NCBI GenBank assembly: GCA_012295275.1
Contig: CM022677.1
Coordinates: 1,922,001 to 1,986,000, forward strand
DNA from: Chrysomallon squamiferum
Taxonomy: Eukaryota; Animalia; Mollusca
Direction: 5' to 3'
Length of the DNA: 64,000 bases
A program made the translations under genes and the position numbers. A model generated the notes under the pieces. That model ran no database searches and had not been told where the DNA came from. It saw only the letters and a program-made list of their open reading frames with translations. This document shows, one piece after another, positions 54,940 to 64,000 of the stretch; within the stretch, counting starts at the first letter, position 1, and every line of letters starts with the position of its first letter.

Positions 54940-57525
54940 TTAAATTTGATAAAATTTTTGCTCGACAACGCAATGAGGATCTTGGAAGGAAATTGTCTGC
55001 TTTGAAGGAAAAGTATGCAACTCTGACACAGAAAACAAGAGACAAGGAAGGAGTACTTTCCATCTGTCAGATTTTTCAGCAAATATGGATAGTGAGAAGG
55101 AGAGGAATAGTCACATTCAGGAAGAAAAGGTAGCATTACTAGATGCGAGGGACGAGATAAATAATGAACTGAGGACTTTGAAGAAGGAGAACACTCTGAG
55201 AAGACATAGCCAGCTGCTAAAACGTAATAAGAGGGTTCTGGAAAAAAATATGGAGAAAACAAAGCAGAATGAGAAGCTGTTGAGGAAAATCACCTTTTAC
55301 CAGCATAAATTTTGCTACATACACTCTATTCGAAAAGCAGAAAAAACACAGAAGGAAAATGTGAAAGTGGAAAATAACAAACTGCTAGAAGCTGCCAATG
55401 AAGCCAGACATGTGATTCGTTTGAAAGACCCAGATACTGGATTATTTGTTCTACAAATGTGAAGTTGTGTGTGGTGGAAATGGTTGGCGAGCACGAAACT
55501 GCAGCCAGCAGATGTGGACCAATTATAGATGTTGTATGTTGAACCTTGCTGAATGCCAGCACCCCAGAAAGTGACCTGCTATCAGAAATATGTGGATGTA
55601 GGCCATGTAGTAAGCAAGATGCATGTGACAGATGTCATCCTGAAACCAGATCGTTACAAGCTTCATGCAGACAGCACTACAAAAGATGGTAAAAAATATG
55701 TTGACCACCAAGTTACTGTGGGCACTGGCAAGAGTTTAAGCTGTCGACTTTACTATGGTGGGAACAGAAAATGCACGATGCCATGTAAAAGTTGCTGCTT
55801 ACATTTTAGAGGAGTTATCACTTGTTTTTGATGATGAAGAAAGGTTGCAGGATATATTTTTAGACTGTCTCCAAAAAATGAGTCAGACAGAGCACCTGTC
55901 ATGCATGAAAAGCTAAAATGTCCAATTTAACCATCTCAGAAAAGACCTTTTGCACACTGAGGAAGATCTGGAGTTCCTGCATTGCAATGTTCACAATCTA
56001 CTTGGTCTTGCAAGTGATGCATGACAACAACACTTCTATGGGCAGAGAATAGTGAAGTTTGCTGGTTCCAAGACAAAACATTCAGTTACCAGACTCATCC
56101 GTGAAGCATGTGGTTAACTTGGACCCAGAGGGGATGAGAAATTTGGAAGCAGAGAAAACTGGCTTGCATCCTGCATGCTAAACCAGTTGAAATCTGAAAT
56201 GACACACTTCAACAGATTCAACAACCTCTCAGAACAGTGCAGCTCTTCACCTTCATCACCAACAAATCCACTGTAATAAAAGTGCAGAATTGTTCATTTC
56301 TGTTCCTGTTTTCCAGGTGGACCACAGATCCAAATGATGCATTCTTCACAGATTTTGAACCCTTGTTTAACATTGACATGGAGTGCAACAACAGCAACAT
56401 CTTCCAGTCACTAATTCACATTGCTGATGACAGGAAACAAGCAGTCTGTAAGATTATCAAGTCAATGTCAGCAGACTTTCTGGATGTAATCAATCCTTTC
56501 AGATGGACGCTGTCACACAGTCCAAGACCCTGAGCAGCATGCCAAACTCCAGCATTCCAAGCTGACAAATGCTGGAGAACAGTGTTTTGGAGACGTGGAT
56601 GTCTGCATAATTAAGAGACAGAATGGGTCTGCATTTTATCACCCAGCATCAACATGTTAAAAAGAAATAAGAGTATGTCAAACTGGTTCTCCAAACTCTC
56701 GGAAGAGCGAAAAAAACAGCAACATTGTGTTGGCAACTTCACAAGCAAAAGAACTGTGAAGAAATCACATTTCTAATGAAGTGAATGCCATAGCAGTTAG
56801 TCAAGAAGCTCTGACAGATAACTGTGCAATTAAGGCTGCAGTTAAAGAAGGACAAAGCCAGAAAAAAGAAAACATCATCAAGACATTGTGGCCCCACAGA
56901 GGACCATGCAAAACTGCAAGAGATATTGACCACATTTTGAGAGCCTATGCAAAGGTGACAGACCAGCTCTTGGCTCTCAAGGATCAGAAGCTGATTTTGA
57001 GGGTGAAATCAACACTTCTGAAAGTAACTCAAAAGCTTGTGGCCAGTCTCAAGCAGTTTCTTGGTGGTAAGGTTCAACAAAATGTACAGGAGCTAGATAT
57101 AGGTATACAAAAGAAGGAAGCACTTGAAAGAAAATGGCATTAAATGTCATCTGGTAACAGTGGTAGCAATGCTTCTAACACTGTGGAAGACATTGCTGAC
57201 TAGTTTCTCCTACCAGTATGGTCGACCTGGCATGCACTTAGTCATTGGCTATGAAGACAGTTTCTACATAGGAGAAATTTAGACCATTCTACATGATAAG
57301 AGTACAACAGTTAATTTTATGGAAAGGTGTTGCATCAAGGATGATGCATACAAATGGCCACAGATAGAAGACCAGGCAGTTGTAGAATCCAAATCTGTCA
57401 GCCTGTCAGACTTTGCAATGATGTCAACAAATGCACATATCTGGACCTTGTGTGATGCTCATTCTATTCGTGCAAAGTTCAGTGAATACAGTTGTATTTC
57501 CTGTGAGAAAAGGCTTTCTTAGCTT
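54940..57525 (+). mobile_element. Large decayed DDE transposase of the CxxH group (hAT/Mutator-related; subfamily unassigned)
   Basis: Consecutive plus-strand fragments: coiled coil, LHADSTTKDG (first D), MSDRAPVM (second D), FLHCNVHNLLGL (CxxH), LTN.GEQCFGDVD (E), then GYEDSFYIGE..VNFMER..YKWP..ED; numerous frameshifts. Confidence 0.7.
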
Positions 57526-60146
57526 ACAGAAGGTGTACAAATGCTTTTTGTATCTCAGAAATGAAAAAATAATTTTGATTCAAATTGGTGGTTGGGTGAA
57601 GTCAGAAGTCACTTTTTCATGGGGGGGTGGGACTAAAAATATTTTTAGTACAAATGTTATACTCAATATATCATTTGAAAGGTCTTTAAAAACTGTTCAC
57701 AACTCTGGTTGCATTTTTTAAACTGGCCAAAACTGAAGTTATAGTGTCAGTTTGCAATTTTAATGATTCTGCCAAGATTTTGGCATGTTTAGAAACAGAA
57801 TCAAAGTTATGGCTTTTCATACCTCAGCAATTAGACTCAGTTTTGGGCCCCAGTATGTGACAAAATAAATAGAACATAGAATAAATGTCTCCAAAATAAA
57901 TTATTTTTGCATAACTGGAAAGAGAATGGAGAAAATGTACAATAAAATTTATGATGGTAACTTGAAAAATAATGGAGTAATGGCAATATGTTATCTGATA
58001 ATTCGGATAATTTTCCTCCTTTTTTGAAACTTTAAAAAATAACTGTAGACTAGGTATTAAGAACAAATGTACTTAAATAATAAATTAACAATATGGAAGA
58101 GGAATCAAAATGTATTATAACTGTATGTTTGAGTGTGTGATACACTGTAACCATGCTCCACCTGCATTAATTCTTCTTCTTATTATTATTATTAAATAAA
58201 TAAAAATGCTTAAAGAATCTAACATCAATTATTTATTAAAATGAGACTGTTGTCTCTGCCACAATACTCCAGAGGCCATGGAGAACATATATTTGTAAAT
58301 AAACCATTGTCCATCTGTAATGAAAGTTTTATAAACAGTTTTATTCACAAAACACAATGGAAAAACCATGAAAATATGAAGTCTACTTCCCATTACTCTG
58401 TCTTCATTCTGCAGTGATAACATTACAGCAAGAAGTGATTCAGGTTTGAAACAAACGATGTGCAGACATTGTTATATAATGGCAGGACACATAAAATAAT
58501 AACTGATATCACACACACTTTATTCCACATCACAAAAATTAAAATACCTCTTTCATCTCGATTCTGATAGTCGTGTGTTCCTGCATGATGAATAAATCCA
58601 AGTGCAAATATTAAAATAAAACTGTCCAGGCCTAAGGACAATGTGTTTAGTACAAAAAATAAAAAATAAAAAAAAATAAAACTAAAAAAAAATAATTAAA
58701 AAAAAGTATTCCCAATGATTTGGGTCCTTCATATAAACTTTTTCAATCATAGCTAAAGTATTTGCAGTTCATAATATATTAATATACTATGTCACATATA
58801 TTGTATAATATGTGCACAATGTGAATGTATGTGTGCATAACGTAAATATGATCAGTAACTGATATCTTGAACATGTTTAAGTTGAATATGGTTGAATTCG
58901 AACTGTTAATGATAAAAGAAACTTTCACATTCTATTTACTGAATATAAGTAAATTACTCATATGTAAAATATGTTATTTATAATATTTTTGTCGTTTTCT
59001 TTTACAGAAGCAAGCCATAAGCATTAATAAATCACATCAAATAATAATGTTGATGATGAAAACAGTGATGATGACGATAATGAGGAAGAGGAAGTTCATA
59101 ATGATAATGAAAAAGTAAAAAATCTACAACAAATGAGCAAGCAGTGAACGCTTATTCTGCTTTCGGTTGATGTTACATAACTGATTTAGGAACAATGCGC
59201 TCTGCCTCTGAATGTTAGAAAGAAACAGAATGGAATGGAATGGAAAAAAATGAACTACTGATTTAACACATAACAAAAACAACATCACCATTTAAAAGAG
59301 TGCATAATAATCTGTATTTGAGTGTAATTGATTTTCATGTTGTATTTTACAGAAGGGATTTGGAAGTGGTGGGAAATGGACAAAATATAGCTATTTTCGG
59401 TCACAAATCTCTTGACTTAAATAGTGTTTAACTGGACGAAAATAAGTGCTTAAGCTCTACCCAACTGTCTTATTTATTTTCAGATTTGTGTGGTTTGAAA
59501 AATTTGTCCACATACCTACTTAATGTAAATATTAAAAAAATGGCGACAGTTGTATTTTGGTAATATTTTAAATAAAGTTAAACATCTGATCTAGATGTCC
59601 TTTTTTTTTCGAAGTGAGAGACACTTGTCTTTTGTTTTTCATCTAACAGTGAAATTGCTAAGTCTTAATCGAGGTAAGAAAATAACTATTATTTAGCAGA
59701 CCTAATAAAACTTTAAAGGTGATATAACCTGACACTATTTCTTAATTTTCAACTTGTTTCATGCCATAAGCTACATACCTTTAAATCGTTAAAATTCATG
59801 ATAACTTGATAACATGAACATAAATCCATAACAACTTGATAACACCAAATATTAATCCTTGTTTCTAACTAAAACTCTACACTTCGCACTATACCTTTAA
59901 ATATGGCGGACAAAAAAAAAACAGCTTCCCGTCACGTGTTCGACTTAACCTTATTACAGTTACTTCCCTTACACCGTTAACAACTTCGCCAGTCCCTAGC
60001 TGACATTGTACAATACAGTATTAAATGAGTTTGAAAAAAAGGACAATCTAACCATTTAATTCATAGGAAGCCGATGTATTTTTCTAGGTTTTTTTGGTGA
60101 TAACATTTTCGTATTTCAAAAACATTTTCTTTATAATACCATAATA

Positions 60147-60190
<44 letters not shown>

Positions 60191-61635
60191 CCTTGGTGAA
60201 GAAAATTGGAAAATCCAGAACTCCCAAGAGTTAAGATAACTGGTCTGGTATCTTTAATAACAACAACAACAACAACAGGAGTGGTAGTAGTAGTAGTAGT
60301 TGTTGTTGCGTTGTTGTAATGAATAAAATAAACAACAGCAATAAAAAGAAGAACACAACAATAACATTCATTTATTCATTATTTTTATGCGATTTACTTT
60401 CTATCAGAAAGTGTAGCTAATATGTGTTTGTAGCTGAAATATATAATTACGAAACAGAAAACACACAGTATTTACTCATAAACAAAAGAAAAATTGCTGG
60501 TTGGTCAGGAAATACACTGAGAAGATTCGACTACAAACCTTTACAAAAATAGAGAGAGCAGAGGAGGATAGAAAGAAAGAACAAGAAAACTGAGCAAGAT
60601 CATTTAAAACAGTTCATTTCTACTCCGAAATTTGTATTTTACTAAATATTTATATAAAACGTACAAGAATAAGTAAAATCAAATAAAATAAAATTTTAGA
60701 AATTTAAAATAATAAATTCTAAACGCTTAACAACAAATAAAAAAATGTTAGGTCTGGTGTTGTAAACCTGTCTTTTATTTGAAAAATTATGTTTAGACAA
60801 CGCAAACTTGTTTCTGTTCAGGATATACTTAATGTTAAGTTTCTAATGTTTAGTTTTGAATATAGAGACAGAGCGATAGAGTAATGACACTAATACGACG
60901 AATAAAAGAAACAAGGAAAGTGTACAAATAAAAAATTATCATCAATTTTCCACATTCTCATTATACAAACACTCCACACCCTTCTCTGCCTCACCCCGAT
61001 ATCACCATCCCCGCCCTATTCGCGCTAAACTGCACTGGCGATCTTTGGTTAAAGAAATTGAGCGTAAATAAATAGTTCAAGCTGCAGATAATTATTGTCA
61101 CTTCAAAGCAGAGTTAATTATAGATTATTCTCTCACATTGTATGTGTAATGTGTGAATGTATGTATGTATGTCCATATGTTTGTGTGTGTGTGTGTGTTA
61201 TTACTTTTTAACCGTATAAACAATAACACAGAATATTTGTGCATTTTCTTACTATTTTTCTATTTTTATATATTATTACGTTTATACTTCAGAAAAATAA
61301 ACGTGTTAATTTTATTTTGTTACGTTTGATATCTAATGAGCCACATGTTAAATCCTTTTCAACAACAACAACAACAATATAAAAAATAATAATAGCAATG
61401 TGTATAAATATTGTCTTAGTCTGCACATAGTATATATAACATTGTTCCTACGAAACCAAAAGTACGTTTACGTCAGTGACGTAGCGTGGGCGGGACCACA
61501 TAGGCGGTTGTATAGCGCAGAATTCTTAGGTTCACTGGGGGCTCGGGGATGGTTGGGGGGGGTGTAATACACGTGCATTACCAACGCTACACCTCTCATT
61601 ATACTGTCCACACAGTATGAATAAAACATCACTGG

Positions 61636-61948
<313 letters not shown>

Positions 61949-61965
<17 letters not shown>

Positions 61966-62014
61966 TATAATGAGACAGGCAGAAACAGATTGGTCACGTA
62001 TATTACAAATACGA

Positions 62015-62047
<33 letters not shown>

Positions 62048-62092
62048 ATGAGACAGGCAGAAACAGATTGGTCACGTATATTACAAATACGA

Positions 62093-62123
<31 letters not shown>

Positions 62124-62255
62124 ATATAATGAGACAGGCAGAAACAGATTGGTCACGTATATTACAAATACGAACACACACACACACACACACACACAGA
62201 CACATATATAATGAGACAGGCAGAAACAGATTGGTCACGTATATTACAAATACGA

Positions 62256-62288
<33 letters not shown>

Positions 62289-62409
62289 ATGAGACAGACA
62301 GAAACAGATTGGTCACGTATATTACAAATACGAACACACACACACACACACACACAGACACATATAATGAGACAGACAGAAAAGATTGGTCACGTATATT
62401 ACAAATACG

Positions 62410-62445
<36 letters not shown>

Positions 62446-62489
62446 ATGAGACAGACAGAAAAGATTGGTCACGTATATTACAAATACGA

Positions 62490-62520
<31 letters not shown>

Positions 62521-62562
62521 ATGAGACAGACAGAAAAGATTGGTCACGTATATTACAAAAAT

Positions 62563-62594
<32 letters not shown>

Positions 62595-62644
62595 ATATAA
62601 TGAGACAGACAGAAACAGATTGGTCACGTATATTACAAATACGA

Positions 62645-62677
<33 letters not shown>

Positions 62678-62802
62678 ATGAGACAGACAGAAAAAGATTG
62701 GTCACGTATATTACAAATACGAACACACACACACACACACACACACAGACACATATAATGAGACAGACAGAAACAGATTGGTCACGTATATTACAAATAC
62801 GA

Positions 62803-62834
<32 letters not shown>

Positions 62835-62884
62835 ATATAATGAGACAGACAGAAACAGATTGGTCACGTATATTACAAATACGA

Positions 62885-62916
<32 letters not shown>

Positions 62917-62965
62917 ATATAATGAGACAGACAGAAACAGATTGGTCACGTATATTACAAATACG

Positions 62966-63001
<36 letters not shown>

Positions 63002-63046
63002 ATGAGACAGACAGAAACAGATTGGTCACGTATATTACAAATACGA

Positions 63047-63077
<31 letters not shown>

Positions 63078-63121
63078 ATGAGACAGACAGAAACAGATTG
63101 GTCACGTATATTACAAATACG

Positions 63122-63159
<38 letters not shown>

Positions 63160-63395
63160 ATGAGACAGACAGAAACAGATTGGTCACGTATATTACAAAT
63201 ACGAACACACACACACACACACACACACAGACACATATAATGAGACAGACAGAAAAAGATTGGTCACGTATAAATACAAATACGAACACACACACACATG
63301 ACACAGACAGAAACAGATTGGTCACGTATATTACAAATATAATGAGACAGACAGAAACAGATTGGTCAGACGTATATTGGTCACAAATATTACAA

Positions 63396-63431
<36 letters not shown>

Positions 63432-63474
63432 GAGACAGACAGAAACAGATTGGTCACGTATATTACAAATACGA

Positions 63475-63505
<31 letters not shown>

Positions 63506-63627
63506 ATGAGACAGACAGAAACAGATTGGTCACGTATATTACAAATACGAACACACACACACACACACACACAGACACATATAATGAGACAGACAGAAAC
63601 AGATTGGTCACGTATATTACAAATACG

Positions 63628-63663
<36 letters not shown>

Positions 63664-63708
63664 ATGAGACAGACAGAAACAGATTGGTCACGTATATTAC
63701 AAATACGA

Positions 63709-63743
<35 letters not shown>

Positions 63744-64000
63744 ATGAGACAGACAGAAACAGATTGGTCACGTATATTACAAATACGAACACACACACAC
63801 ACACACACATACAGACACAGAAACAGATTGGTCACGTATATTGAAACAGAAAATGAGAAGACAGAAACAGATTGGTCACGTATATTACAAATACGAACAC
63901 ACACACACACACACACACACAGACACATATAATGAGACAGACAGAAACAGATTGGTCACGTATATTACAAATACGAACACACACACACACACACACACAC
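61949..64000 (+). repeat. Compound minisatellite (~50-bp core plus variable (CA)n), unit about 75-82 bp, runs off the window end
   Basis: ATATAATGAGACAGACAGAAACAGATTGGTCACGTATATTACAAATACGAA(CA)n repeated more than 20 times. Confidence 0.97.

Noticed and set aside
58229-58641. Minus-strand ORFs with a hydrophobic, signal-peptide-like stretch and possible splice sites
   Set aside because: No recognisable domain, no ATG start and no supportable gene model.
59008-59147. Acidic (D/E-rich) exon-like segment after a splice acceptor
   Set aside because: The acidic frame has stops just after the acceptor; likely a decayed trinucleotide repeat.
59713-59940. TTAAAGG...CCTTTAA Kolobok-like MITE and adjacent ATGGCGG/CACGTG promoter motifs
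   Set aside because: TIR match is only a few bases and the short motifs have no linked exon.
61949-64000. CRISPR-like repeat-spacer appearance (also 21585-22065)
   Set aside because: Spacers are (CA)n rather than unique sequence, there are no cas genes, and the context is eukaryotic.

Overview
AT-rich animal genomic DNA with spliceosomal introns (a gastropod mollusc is plausible but is only an inference). It consists of three contigs joined by two 200-N gaps. There are no prokaryotic genes, RNA genes or CRISPR arrays, and most long ORFs in the track are translated micro- or minisatellites. Supported content: (i) four intact exons of the DEAD-box helicase DDX49/Dbp8 on the minus strand, with no canonical exon 1 found; (ii) about 16 kb present twice (10.3-26.1 kb vs 30.2-54.3 kb), each copy carrying a damaged BTB-BACK-PHR gene, a decayed CAMSAP/Patronin fragment and Gypsy, Academ-like, Merlin and LINE-ORF1 relics; (iii) a decayed ISL2EU/PIF-Harbinger-like transposon whose YqaJ exonuclease lies antisense inside a transposase intron and whose HTH exon gave rise to the 24-bp satellite seen at 1-2644 and 26324-27469; (iv) an unexplained 4-kb modular palindromic, foldback-like structure at 6.1-10.3 kb; (v) MITEs with target-site duplications and several minisatellites; (vi) an untrimmed Nanopore adapter at 26264-26294. 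The best leads are the transposase-born satellite and the modular palindrome; neither is yet demonstrated to be a new biological system.
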